Of a DNA stretch of 64,000 nt, positions 47,823 to 57,266 are shown piece after piece; the stretch's first letter is position 1; each line of letters opens with the position of its first letter. This DNA is from Hydrogenophilales bacterium (lineage in GTDB: Bacteria; Pseudomonadota; Gammaproteobacteria; Burkholderiales; Eutrophovitaceae). The stretch covers positions 6,229 to 70,228 of the forward strand of contig CACOJS010000001.1 in the NCBI GenBank assembly GCA_902627495.1. Reading direction: 5' to 3'. The notes below the pieces were generated by a model. That model worked only from the letters and a program-made list of their open reading frames with translations, was not told the origin of the DNA and did no database searches. The position numbers and the translations under genes are program-made.

Positions 47823-48647
47823 CTATGCTAGCCAGCGCTTCCTTCTCCTGTAATGTTTCCCGTCCCGATAGCTTTTTCTCCCAGCTGTTGATAGACCTAG
47901 ATAAAATTCTTTTACATCAGAGTTATCAGACAATTCTGCCGCTGACCCATCCATAACGATCCTTCCGTTTTCTAAAATGTAGCCATAGTCCGCATAGCGA
48001 AGAGCCACGTTAGTATTTTGTTCGGCTAGCAAAAAACTAACACCTTCATTTTGATTTAATGACTTTACAATTTCAAAAATTTCGTCAACTAATTGGGGAG
48101 CCAACCCCATGGAGGGTTCGTCGAGAAGAATCATACTCGGATTTGCCATCAAAGCTCTTCCTATAGCCGTCATCTGTTGTTCTCCCCCCGAGGTATATCC
48201 CGCTTGGCTTCCCTTTCGGTCTTTCAGCCTAGGAAAATAGGAGTAAACTTTCTCTAAGTCCTGTCGGATAACTTTTCGACCACTACTTCGAGTGTAGGCC
48301 CCCGTTAACAAATTTTCCTCTACCGTTAGATGAGGAAAGCAATGCCGCCCCTCCATAACTTGGATAACACCTTTTTTCACGAGGGCCCATGGGGTTAATT
48401 TGTCTATCCGTACGTTTCGGTATTCTATAAACCCTTTGGTAACGTCCCCTCGTTCTGATTGCAAAAGATTAGAAACTGCCTTAAGTGTCGTAGTTTTACC
48501 AGCACCATTTGCACCAAGGAGAGCTACTATATCCCCCTCAGCGACTTGAAGGGATATGCCTTTAAGCACCAAAATTACATGGTCATAAATAACTTCAATG
48601 TTATTTATGTCTAGTAGGTTTTTTTTCTCGAGTCTAAAAGATGTCAT
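47823..48647 (-). CDS. ABC transporter ATP-binding protein (LivF-like) with basic C-terminal extension
   Basis: 274 aa. Walker A GANGAGKTT, signature TSGGEQQ, Walker B LLDEP. Tail ...GRKSYRDGKHYRRRKRWLA. Confidence 0.9.
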   Translation of the reverse strand: MTSFRLEKKNLLDINNIEVIYDHVILVLKGISLQVAEGDIVALLGANGAGKTTTLKAVSNLLQSERGDVTKGFIEYRNVRIDKLTPWALVKKGVIQVMEGRHCFPHLTVEENLLTGAYTRSSGRKVIRQDLEKVYSYFPRLKDRKGSQAGYTSGGEQQMTAIGRALMANPSMILLDEPSMGLAPQLVDEIFEIVKSLNQNEGVSFLLAEQNTNVALRYADYGYILENGRIVMDGSAAELSDNSDVKEFYLGLSTAGRKSYRDGKHYRRRKRWLA

Positions 48648-49991
48648 TTATTCACCCAAGCATTTAGGGGTAATATTTTTTTCCTTGGCATACTTTGCCG
48701 CCGATTCTTCAACTTGCCTTCGAACTAGGTCACTATCACCCTGTATCCAGTCGGACACACTGACCCACTTTCCCCCATCCCACTGCTGAAATCCAGCCAA
48801 ACCGGATCCTTCATGGTCTTCACATGATACTTTAATTGGTGGGACCATTTTTCCAAATCCCAGAGAGTCAAGTCTGGCCTGGGAAAGATCAAGATTCTCA
48901 ATGCCCCAGCGAACTTGTCTACCCGACATCGGTTTGTTTCCATATTTTGCCTGGGCATTCCTAACCGCCTCAGTCGTAAGCATGGCCATAGCTACTCCCC
49001 GGTTCCATAAAACGGTTCCAATATAGCTTTCGTCCCCACCATTTCCTTTATCATAGACATGCTCCTTTATATCCTCTATCACAGGATAATGATCTCCAGC
49101 AAGATTTAGTGTTGCAGCATAATAGCCCTCCGACGCTCCTTTTCCAGCTGCTAGAGTATCAACTTCAGCTCCCGACCACCAATTTCCCACCATTTTTTCT
49201 CTAGGAAAACCCACTTTTTTTGCCGTCTTTATTGAGGTCGCTGTTGACACCCCCCAACCCCAAACAATAACCCAATCAGGTTTTTCTTTTTTTATCCGTA
49301 GCCATTGAGACTGTTGTTCGTTACCTGGGTGAGGCACAGGTATCATAGAAAGGTCAAAAGAAAAGTTTTTTGCTTCAGCTTTTAATAATTGATGAGGTTC
49401 TTTCCCATATGCTGAATCATGATAAAGTAAAACGATCTTTTTCCCTTTAAGGTTATCCAAGCCTCCTTCTTGCTTTCCAATAAACCTTACTATGGCAGAG
49501 GTAAGGGACCAGTAATTTGACAACAAAGGAAATACCCAAGGAAACACACGCCCGTCTGAGGCGTCTGTTCTGCCGTATCCCAAGGTAATTAGGGGTATTT
49601 GGTCAACAGGAACTTTATCAATTAATCCATAAGTAATACCAGTCGACATGGGGTGTATAGCGGTCGGCCCCATCGGGTTTCTCGTCTTAAGTCTTTCATA
49701 GCACTCGAGACCTTTGGAGGTATTATACTCAGTCTCGCACTCTTCCCAAGTGAGCTTTACGCCGTTAATACCCCCGTCACGTTCATTAAGCATTTGAAGG
49801 TAGTCCAAATACCCCGTGGCGACTGGTGCTCCATTTGGCCCATAAGGCCCAACCCTGTATCCAGCTACTCCAAAGAATTGAGTGTCGGATGCATCAGTAT
49901 CTTGTACTACACTATCAGTGTTAGGACTTTCACTACACCCGATAAAGAGGACGAATACGATTAAACTTAGGGCTACTTTAGTAGATTTCAT
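48648..49991 (-). CDS. Periplasmic substrate-binding lipoprotein (type I PBP, Liv-like, long form)
   Basis: 447 aa. Lipoprotein signal LFIGC. Located between the permease genes and the second ATPase gene. Confidence 0.85.
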   Translation of the reverse strand: MKSTKVALSLIVFVLFIGCSESPNTDSVVQDTDASDTQFFGVAGYRVGPYGPNGAPVATGYLDYLQMLNERDGGINGVKLTWEECETEYNTSKGLECYERLKTRNPMGPTAIHPMSTGITYGLIDKVPVDQIPLITLGYGRTDASDGRVFPWVFPLLSNYWSLTSAIVRFIGKQEGGLDNLKGKKIVLLYHDSAYGKEPHQLLKAEAKNFSFDLSMIPVPHPGNEQQSQWLRIKKEKPDWVIVWGWGVSTATSIKTAKKVGFPREKMVGNWWSGAEVDTLAAGKGASEGYYAATLNLAGDHYPVIEDIKEHVYDKGNGGDESYIGTVLWNRGVAMAMLTTEAVRNAQAKYGNKPMSGRQVRWGIENLDLSQARLDSLGFGKMVPPIKVSCEDHEGSGLAGFQQWDGGKWVSVSDWIQGDSDLVRRQVEESAAKYAKEKNITPKCLGE

Positions 49992-50019
49992 AACTTACTC
50001 CGGTTTACCAAACAATAGA

Positions 50020-51096
50020 TCAATGTGGAAAAGGCCATAGTCTCAGCTTTTCTTTGGTTATTTGCCATAATCGTGCAAGCCCTAAAGGTTCGACGATTAA
50101 AAAGAAGATAATTAAACCACCAAAAACCAACAACTGCATAACTGATGTTATACCCGCTGCCAACTTTAGGTTAAGAAGGGCTGCCCCATCATTTATAATG
50201 ATGTCTAGGAAAATAGGCAGTAGCGTTATAAAAGCTGCACCAAAAAATGATCCCATAATGCTTCCGATGCCACCGATGATTACCATAAATAGTATCCTGA
50301 ATGATAAATCAAGATTGAAACCATCAGGCTCTACACTACCCAGGTAAACATAGGCATACAAGGCACCTGCTACTCCACAATAAAAAGAACTGACTCCAAA
50401 AGCGATAAGTTTAGTTCTCATAATTTTAATTCCGATTACTTCTGCTGCTACATCCATATCCCTGACCGCCATCCAGGCACGCCCTATATTGCTACGAACA
50501 AGATTTTTTGCCAGTAGTGCTAGCACTGATACTATCGCAAGCACCAACAGATAACGTTCCACGGGAGAATCAAAAACATATCCAAAGATCTCAACGGGTT
50601 GGGTTGTTATGACACCTGAGGAACTGTAGTTGGTGAACCATCCTACTTTGACAAGTAACCAAGGAATAAAAAACTGAGCGGCTAGTGTTGCTACTGCTAA
50701 ATAAAAGCCCCTTATTCGTAGACTTGGTATCCCAAAAGCAATGCCGACTATGGCAGTAGTAATTCCAGCTAAAATAAAACTAACTAGTACCGGTAGTCCT
50801 GGTACTCGTAGCTCAAAGTTGTAGGCAGCAAAAGCTCCCACTGCCATAAAGGCGGCTGTTCCCAGAGACAATTGTCCTGCGTATCCAGTTAATAAATTTA
50901 ACCCTAAAGCCGCAAGTGAAAAAACCAAAAAGGGGATCAATATAGCAGTGAACCAATAATCACTTGCTAATAATGGGATCAGAACAAAGGCACCTATTAA
51001 TATTAGTAGTAGCCCAATGCGGTCTTGGGTGATTGACAATAATGCTTGGTCTTCTTGGTAAGACGTTTTTAATTGCCCAGATTCTCTATAAAACAT
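50020..51096 (-). CDS. ABC transporter permease (LivM-like)
   Basis: 358 aa polytopic. LLTGYAGQLSLG motif. Confidence 0.88.
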   Translation of the reverse strand: MFYRESGQLKTSYQEDQALLSITQDRIGLLLILIGAFVLIPLLASDYWFTAILIPFLVFSLAALGLNLLTGYAGQLSLGTAAFMAVGAFAAYNFELRVPGLPVLVSFILAGITTAIVGIAFGIPSLRIRGFYLAVATLAAQFFIPWLLVKVGWFTNYSSSGVITTQPVEIFGYVFDSPVERYLLVLAIVSVLALLAKNLVRSNIGRAWMAVRDMDVAAEVIGIKIMRTKLIAFGVSSFYCGVAGALYAYVYLGSVEPDGFNLDLSFRILFMVIIGGIGSIMGSFFGAAFITLLPIFLDIIINDGAALLNLKLAAGITSVMQLLVFGGLIIFFLIVEPLGLARLWQITKEKLRLWPFPH

Positions 51097-51110
51097 GTTG
51101 CTTGATTCTC

Positions 51111-52037
51111 CTAGACCCGATCAATTTGCTTATCACCAAAAAGCCCCTCTGGTCTTATCAAAAGGAATAATAAAGCGGCCACATACGCAAACCATATTTC
51201 TATTCCACCACCAAAAAAAGGGCCAATGTATACCTCTGCTAGTTTTTCAAGGGCTCCAATTATTAACCCTCCAACAATCGCACCCATTACGGAGTCAAAA
51301 CCGCCAAGTATCAAAACCGGAAGTGCTTTTAGTGCTACAAACGTCAGAGCAAATTGTACCCCGTTTCGGGCACCCCACATAAGGCCCGCCACTAAAGCAA
51401 CAAAGCCGGCAACTGACCAGACAATGGCCCAGATGCTCTTCAGAGGTATCCCTATCGAAAGTGCTGCTTGATGATCATCCGCCACTGCCCTTAAAGCACG
51501 CCCAATTTTTGTGATTTGAAAAAAAATTGCCAATCCGGCTACTAGAACCCCCGCAACGATTGCTGCTATTAAGTCAAAACTATTTATTTCCTGTAACACG
51601 GTGGGAAGATTGGTTGCCGACAGACCTAGACTCTCAATCGTAGTTGCTACTGGCTCATCTGGAATACCAAGCTCTAGTGGGTAAACTTTGGTTCCCCACA
51701 TTAATTGAGCCAATCCTTCGACAAAGAAAGTTAAGCCTATCGTGACCATGAAAAGAGATATCGGTGGTTGATTAACAAGGGGCCTTAGCACTATTTTTTC
51801 GGTTAATACACCTAGCAAAATCATGAGTAGTAGCGAAAAAGCCAGTGCCGCCCATAAAGACAGCCCCAGTTTTTCTTGAGCTCCTACAAAAGTCAGTGCG
51901 GCAAAAAAGACCATAGCCCCTTGGGCAAAATTAAAAACTCCTGATGCTTTGTAGATAAGCACGAAGCCTAATGCAACCAACGAGTACATTACCCCCGCGA
52001 GAAGCCCACCTATTAAAACCTCCAAGAAAAACTCCAT
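51111..52037 (-). CDS. ABC transporter permease (LivH-like)
   Basis: 308 aa polytopic. IYKASGVFNFAQG motif. Confidence 0.88.
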   Translation of the reverse strand: MEFFLEVLIGGLLAGVMYSLVALGFVLIYKASGVFNFAQGAMVFFAALTFVGAQEKLGLSLWAALAFSLLLMILLGVLTEKIVLRPLVNQPPISLFMVTIGLTFFVEGLAQLMWGTKVYPLELGIPDEPVATTIESLGLSATNLPTVLQEINSFDLIAAIVAGVLVAGLAIFFQITKIGRALRAVADDHQAALSIGIPLKSIWAIVWSVAGFVALVAGLMWGARNGVQFALTFVALKALPVLILGGFDSVMGAIVGGLIIGALEKLAEVYIGPFFGGGIEIWFAYVAALLFLLIRPEGLFGDKQIDRV

Positions 52038-52063
52038 ATTTTTGCCTTACCTTAATAAATCGT

Positions 52064-52876
52064 TTAGCGGGCAACCCCTAAATACGCGTCTATAACTTCT
52101 TGATTATTTCTTATTTCCTCTGGAGTTCCTTCGCCAATTTTTTTGCCATAATCAAGAACTACCACTTTGTCGCTGATATCCATAACAACACCCATGTCAT
52201 GTTCTATCAGAATTACTGAAGTTCCATACTCTTCGTTGACATCTAGAATAAACCTACTCATGTCTTCTTTCTCCTCAACATTCATCCCAGCCATCGGCTC
52301 ATCAAGTAATAACAATTCGGGTTCTGCGGCTAGAGCACGTGCCAGCTCTACTCTTTTTTGCAGTCCGTAAGGAAGTCTACCAACCGGAGTTTTTCGGATA
52401 TGTTGAATTTGAAGAAAGTCAATAATCTGTTCAACAGCCTTTCGATGATTAGTTTCTTCTCGCTGACACTTGCCAAGATAAATAGCCTGCGACAGTAACC
52501 CCGCTCGCATTTTTAGATTCCTTCCAGTCAATATGTTATCTAAAACAGACATCCCTTTAAAAAGAGCAATATTTTGGAAAGTACGGGCGATTCCTGATCT
52601 TGCTGCTTCGTATGGAACTACATTTTTCCAGGTTTTACCCTTAAATATTACCTGACCTTTTTGAGGCTTATAAACCCCATTAACCACGTTTAAAAGGGAG
52701 CTTTTACCTGCTCCATTGGGCCCGATTATTGCCAATATTTTATGTTCTTCCACTTGGAAACTAACGTTTTTCAAAGCAGCAACCCCTCCAAAAGATAAGG
52801 ATACTTTATTTACATTAAGAATATTTTCTGTCATTTTTTTTTGGTCAGATAATGTTTTATAGTTATTATTTTTCAA
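52064..52876 (-). CDS. ABC transporter ATP-binding protein (LivG-like)
   Basis: 270 aa from a TTG that overlaps the ligase stop (TTGA). Alternative ATG at 52834 (MTENILNVNKVSLSFGG). Walker A GPNGAGKSS, Walker B LLLDEP. Confidence 0.88.
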   Translation of the reverse strand: MKNNNYKTLSDQKKMTENILNVNKVSLSFGGVAALKNVSFQVEEHKILAIIGPNGAGKSSLLNVVNGVYKPQKGQVIFKGKTWKNVVPYEAARSGIARTFQNIALFKGMSVLDNILTGRNLKMRAGLLSQAIYLGKCQREETNHRKAVEQIIDFLQIQHIRKTPVGRLPYGLQKRVELARALAAEPELLLLDEPMAGMNVEEKEDMSRFILDVNEEYGTSVILIEHDMGVVMDISDKVVVLDYGKKIGEGTPEEIRNNQEVIDAYLGVAR

Positions 52877-54825
52877 GATGTTGATTCAAATGCGTTTCTT
52901 GCAGTATTTTGTATAAAAACATTTGCACTGATTTCACCTGTACGACCGTCCTCAAACTTAACAGAGGTTGTGATTTCGCACATGTCCAAGCCTTTAAACA
53001 TTGCCTGTACCAAAGGAGAATATTTATCCTCCACAAACTTTCTCCTCACTTTTTTTGTTCTCGTCAACTCATTGTCGTCGGCATCGAGTTCCTTATGAAG
53101 GATAAGGAAACGACTAATCTGGGAATTGGCTAATTCAGAATCTTGGGCTAGCTCTTTGTTGACCTTGGCTACACAGTCGCCAATTAAGCTGTAGACTTCT
53201 CTCTTTCCGGTGAGCTCAATATAACCGGCGTAAGCAAGCCCCTGTTTCTCTGCCCAGTTGCCCACAGCTTCTAGGTCGATATTGATAAAAGCACAAACTT
53301 TTTCACGTTTGTCACCAAAGCAAACAGCTTCCTTTATATAAGAGAAAAACTTAAGTTTATTTTCAAGAAACTGGGGAGAGAACATGGCTCCGTCGGTTAG
53401 TCTGCCAATGTCCTTCGAGCGATCTATGATTTTTAGATGGCCTTGGCTATCGATAAATCCAGCATCGCCAGTCTTGAAAAAGCCCTCTGACGTTAGAGAG
53501 CTTTGAGTCTCGTTGGGCAATTTGTAATATTCGTTTAGCATAGACTCTGACTTTACTAATATTTCCCCATCTCCCCCTACTTTTATTTCTACTCCCGTCA
53601 TTGGCTTCCCTACAGTATCATTTCGCACATCACCGTCAGACTGCCTACAAACATGAGCTGCAGTCTCTGTTTGACCGTAGAGTTGTTTTAAATTAACTCC
53701 AATAGATCGATAAAACTCAAACAGATCGGGACCTATTGCTGCACCAGCTGTATAGGCGACTCTCACGCGAGATAAACCGAGTACATTTAAAAGTGGTCGA
53801 AAAACCATTATATTGGCTGTTTCGTAAAGAATTTTGTTTTTTAATGAAACTGGTTTTTTGTCCATTATGTCCACCCCAGATTTTTTGGCGACCTTCAAAC
53901 CCCAGGAGAAGAGTTTCTTTTTGAGTTGGCTGGCGTCCTCCATACGGATCATTACGCGAGTAAGTAAGTCTTCAAATACTCTGGGTGGGGCAAAGTAGTA
54001 TGTGGGCCCTATTTCGCGAAGATCTGCCATAACCGTATCACTGGATTCTGGGCAGTTTACAGTAAATCCAGCTACTATTGACTGTGCGAACGAGAATAGA
54101 TGGTCTCCCACCCAGGCCATCGGAAGGTAGGATAATATGGAATCAGAGGATTTTAATTCGTCAAACTCGACATCAACTTTTGCTGCTCTTATCCATGCTT
54201 GGTGTGAAAGACATACTCCTTTTGGCTTGCCAGTAGTTCCAGAAGTATAAAGGATTATGGAGGTTGTAGATGACTTTCCACTTTTTACTGATTCTAGGAA
54301 AAACGTCGGGTTCCTTTGATTATACTCTATGCCAACCTGTCTTAGCTTATCGTATGAGCTTAGTTGATCCTCCCTATAATTTTTAAGACCGCGTGGGTCA
54401 TCATAGTATATTTTGTTTAGGGTTTTTACCTGAGATGTGATTTCTAGTAGCTTATCCACTTGCTCTTGATTTTCAACAATGGCAAAACCAATCTCAGCAT
54501 TATCTAATATATAAGCCACTTCATCAGCTATTGCATCTTGGTAAATTGGTACGGGAACAGCACCAAGAGATTGAGCCGCCGCCATTGCCCAGTACAGTCG
54601 AGGTCGGTTATCACCAACTATCGCCAAGTTCATTCCTTGACTTAGTCCTTCAGAGGCGAGCCCACAAGCAAGATAACGGATCTCATCTTTAGCCTGGCTC
54701 CAAGACCAACTTTGCCAAATCCCTAAATCTTTTTCCCGAATAGCAATCCCATCTGGTTGGAATCTAGCCCGGTCAAGTATTAGCTTTGGAAAAGTAGCAT
54801 CCGTCTCAACAGTTATCATTATCAC
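52873..54825 (-). CDS. Long (650 aa) AMP-dependent acyl-CoA synthetase, long-chain-fatty-acid-CoA-ligase-like
   Basis: Canonical P-loop YTSGTTGKPKG, plus YGQTE and TGD motifs. First gene of the ABC operon. Confidence 0.85.
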   Translation of the reverse strand: MIMITVETDATFPKLILDRARFQPDGIAIREKDLGIWQSWSWSQAKDEIRYLACGLASEGLSQGMNLAIVGDNRPRLYWAMAAAQSLGAVPVPIYQDAIADEVAYILDNAEIGFAIVENQEQVDKLLEITSQVKTLNKIYYDDPRGLKNYREDQLSSYDKLRQVGIEYNQRNPTFFLESVKSGKSSTTSIILYTSGTTGKPKGVCLSHQAWIRAAKVDVEFDELKSSDSILSYLPMAWVGDHLFSFAQSIVAGFTVNCPESSDTVMADLREIGPTYYFAPPRVFEDLLTRVMIRMEDASQLKKKLFSWGLKVAKKSGVDIMDKKPVSLKNKILYETANIMVFRPLLNVLGLSRVRVAYTAGAAIGPDLFEFYRSIGVNLKQLYGQTETAAHVCRQSDGDVRNDTVGKPMTGVEIKVGGDGEILVKSESMLNEYYKLPNETQSSLTSEGFFKTGDAGFIDSQGHLKIIDRSKDIGRLTDGAMFSPQFLENKLKFFSYIKEAVCFGDKREKVCAFINIDLEAVGNWAEKQGLAYAGYIELTGKREVYSLIGDCVAKVNKELAQDSELANSQISRFLILHKELDADDNELTRTKKVRRKFVEDKYSPLVQAMFKGLDMCEITTSVKFEDGRTGEISANVFIQNTARNAFESTS

Positions 54826-54904
54826 ATACCCTTCGCTACTTAAGATCGAGTAGCTTACTACATACTTCTATTAACATTAAAGTAAAACAGTTAACTTGTT
54901 ACAT

Positions 54905-56281
54905 TTAATTCTTAACTAGGATTTTAGTCAGGGGAAGATCGCGGTTCAACAGTTTAGGAAAAAAATAAGCTAGTGATCCTGCTCTTGCACAAAAATGGAC
55001 ATATAAAGATATCCAAAGACCCAGATTTTCCAGGGGGGTCAAGGTCCACCAGGTTATGAAAAATAGAAAAGTGGAAAATATCATGCTTTTGACCATGTCC
55101 GCGGTCCAAGCAGCCCCAAGAAAAATACCATCTAGTTGGTAACACCATACTGCAATTATGGGTGCGGTAGCTGCCCATGGTAAAAATTTGTTTGCTTGAA
55201 ATCGAACACTTGGATCAATAGTTAGCAAGTGAATTAAATAAGGGCCTGTAGAAAAAATAATAAGGGTTGAGAGAATAGCGACCCCAAAACCCCATGCTGT
55301 TGAGATTTTCGCGACTTTTAGAAACCCTTTTCTATCTGACCTGCCCATTGCCCTTCCAATAAGGCTTTCGGATGCTATCGCGAAGCCATCTAAAAGATAA
55401 GCTGTTGTTGTTACAAAGTGCATTAAAATAGCATTTGCGGCTAAAATCACGTCGCCTGATAGAGCACCTTGACTAGTGAACCAAATAAAAACAAGCATTA
55501 AAGCTAGGGATCGAATGACTATATCTTTGCTAACTGAAAAAAGCTGTTTCAATCTTGAAATATCCCAAATAGTAGATGTAGATCTGCTGGATGAAAAGTT
55601 TTCGAAGGTGCTTCTGGCAACAAATAATCCTATAGTTGCCGCTATAATTTCGGCTAGTAATGTTCCAATGGCAACACCCTCTACTCCTAAGCCAACTTTG
55701 ACTACAAAATACCAGTCCAATCCCGCATTGAGTAAATTTAAAGTGATTTGAATAAACAGAGCTTTTCGGGCTTGGCCGATACCAATAAACCATCCCACTA
55801 ATGCATAATTTATAAATGTTGCGGGTGCAGACCAAATTCTTATTTCAAAATAGGTCTTGGCTAGAGACTCTACAAATGGGCTGGCTTCGATTAATCCAAA
55901 GCCTATGAAAGAAATCAATTTGCTAAATACTACTAGAACCCCCCCTAAGCCCAGACCTATGAGAAGTGCTCTCGCCAAGTTGGCCCGAATTTCATCTTTG
56001 TTCTCTGCCCCAAGTGCTTGTGAAGTTAGACTTGTAGTACCCATTCTTAAAAAACCAAAACCCCAGAATAAAAAGGAAAAGAACATGGCACTTATTGCTA
56101 CCGCACCTATATGTGCTGGATTTGGTAGTTGCCCGACTATCGCTGTATCAACAACCCCAATCAGCGGGGTTGAGATATTGGACAACATGATTGGAAAGGC
56201 TATCGCCAGAACTGCCTTATAGAGCGATTTCTGTGACTTTGTTTGATTAGATAATTGCGAGGTACCCAATAGTCTAGCCAC
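54905..56281 (-). CDS. MATE-family efflux transporter (DinF/NorM-like)
   Basis: 458 aa, about 12 TM helices. AIAFPIMLSNISTPLIGVVDTAIVG N-terminal MATE motif. Confidence 0.85.
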   Translation of the reverse strand: MARLLGTSQLSNQTKSQKSLYKAVLAIAFPIMLSNISTPLIGVVDTAIVGQLPNPAHIGAVAISAMFFSFLFWGFGFLRMGTTSLTSQALGAENKDEIRANLARALLIGLGLGGVLVVFSKLISFIGFGLIEASPFVESLAKTYFEIRIWSAPATFINYALVGWFIGIGQARKALFIQITLNLLNAGLDWYFVVKVGLGVEGVAIGTLLAEIIAATIGLFVARSTFENFSSSRSTSTIWDISRLKQLFSVSKDIVIRSLALMLVFIWFTSQGALSGDVILAANAILMHFVTTTAYLLDGFAIASESLIGRAMGRSDRKGFLKVAKISTAWGFGVAILSTLIIFSTGPYLIHLLTIDPSVRFQANKFLPWAATAPIIAVWCYQLDGIFLGAAWTADMVKSMIFSTFLFFITWWTLTPLENLGLWISLYVHFCARAGSLAYFFPKLLNRDLPLTKILVKN

Positions 56282-56331
56282 TTATTTTGGATGAATTTAT
56301 CCAATAGAGAGTCATGCCCTCGCTACAGGCC

Positions 56332-57231
56332 TCACTCAGTTTTATTGGCCAGGTACAGTTCTAAAATACTAGAAAAATCTAGCCCACCAGCCCCTTTTGA
56401 TTTGTGCAATGAATATAGTGCGTATGCGTTTGAACCTAATGGAGTTGGGGATTCGCTTCTACGACTTAATTCCATTGCTAATCCGAGATCTTTATGCATT
56501 AAATCTACTCGAAATCCACCATCGTAGTTATTTGAAGATGGAACATTGTCCATAACTCCGGGGGCCGGGTTATACGATTGGAGTGCCCAGTTTGAACCCG
56601 TGCTATTTTTCATGATATCTGACAGCGTGCTAGGGTCTAGTCCAATTCTCTTGCCCATGTTTAAGACCTCTGCTGTTCCTGCCATCATTATACCCAAAAG
56701 CATATTATTGCAGGCTTTAGCACTTTGCCCTGCCCCAATATCCCCGGCATGAAATATGTTTTTTCCCATACACTCTAGTATGGGCTTTACTAATTGATAA
56801 TCTTTATCGCATCCACCTACCATAAATGCGAGAGTTCCTGCCTTCGCTCCCCCAACTCCGCCCGATACTGGTGCATCCACAAAGCTACACCCATTTTCCC
56901 TTGCGTGTCTGGCAATTAGCTTAGCAGTTTCTGTTTCTATGGTGGATGAGTCTATGACTACAGTTTTGGAGCCTGCTATTGATTTCAAAAGGCCGCTTTG
57001 TCCTAGGTAAAGCTCCTTTACGTGTTTGCCTCCTGGTAGCATCGAGAGAATAAAATCAACATTTTGTGCTGACTCTACAGCTGATTTGGCCGCATGAGCA
57101 CCTTCAGCTACTACTGACTCCATCGATTGTGCAAAAACATCAAATACTGATAAATCATGTCCAGATTTTATAAGGTTAATAGACATGGGTGCCCCCATAT
57201 TACCAAGCCCGATAAAGCTTATTCTTGCCAC
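56332..57231 (-). CDS. mmsB: 3-hydroxyisobutyrate dehydrogenase
   Basis: 299 aa. ISFIGLGNMGAPM Rossmann motif and DAPVSGG. Operon context with mmsA. Confidence 0.88.
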   Translation of the reverse strand: MARISFIGLGNMGAPMSINLIKSGHDLSVFDVFAQSMESVVAEGAHAAKSAVESAQNVDFILSMLPGGKHVKELYLGQSGLLKSIAGSKTVVIDSSTIETETAKLIARHARENGCSFVDAPVSGGVGGAKAGTLAFMVGGCDKDYQLVKPILECMGKNIFHAGDIGAGQSAKACNNMLLGIMMAGTAEVLNMGKRIGLDPSTLSDIMKNSTGSNWALQSYNPAPGVMDNVPSSNNYDGGFRVDLMHKDLGLAMELSRRSESPTPLGSNAYALYSLHKSKGAGGLDFSSILELYLANKTE

Positions 57232-57266
57232 TTGTCTTCTCCCATTTATACTGAATAATATTATTT

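Noticed and set aside
54840-54860. Hairpin GCTACT-taagatcg-AGTAGC between the MATE gene and the long ligase gene, as a possible terminator.
   Set aside because: The stem is only 6 bp and no U-tract follows on the transcribed (-) strand. Not convincing.
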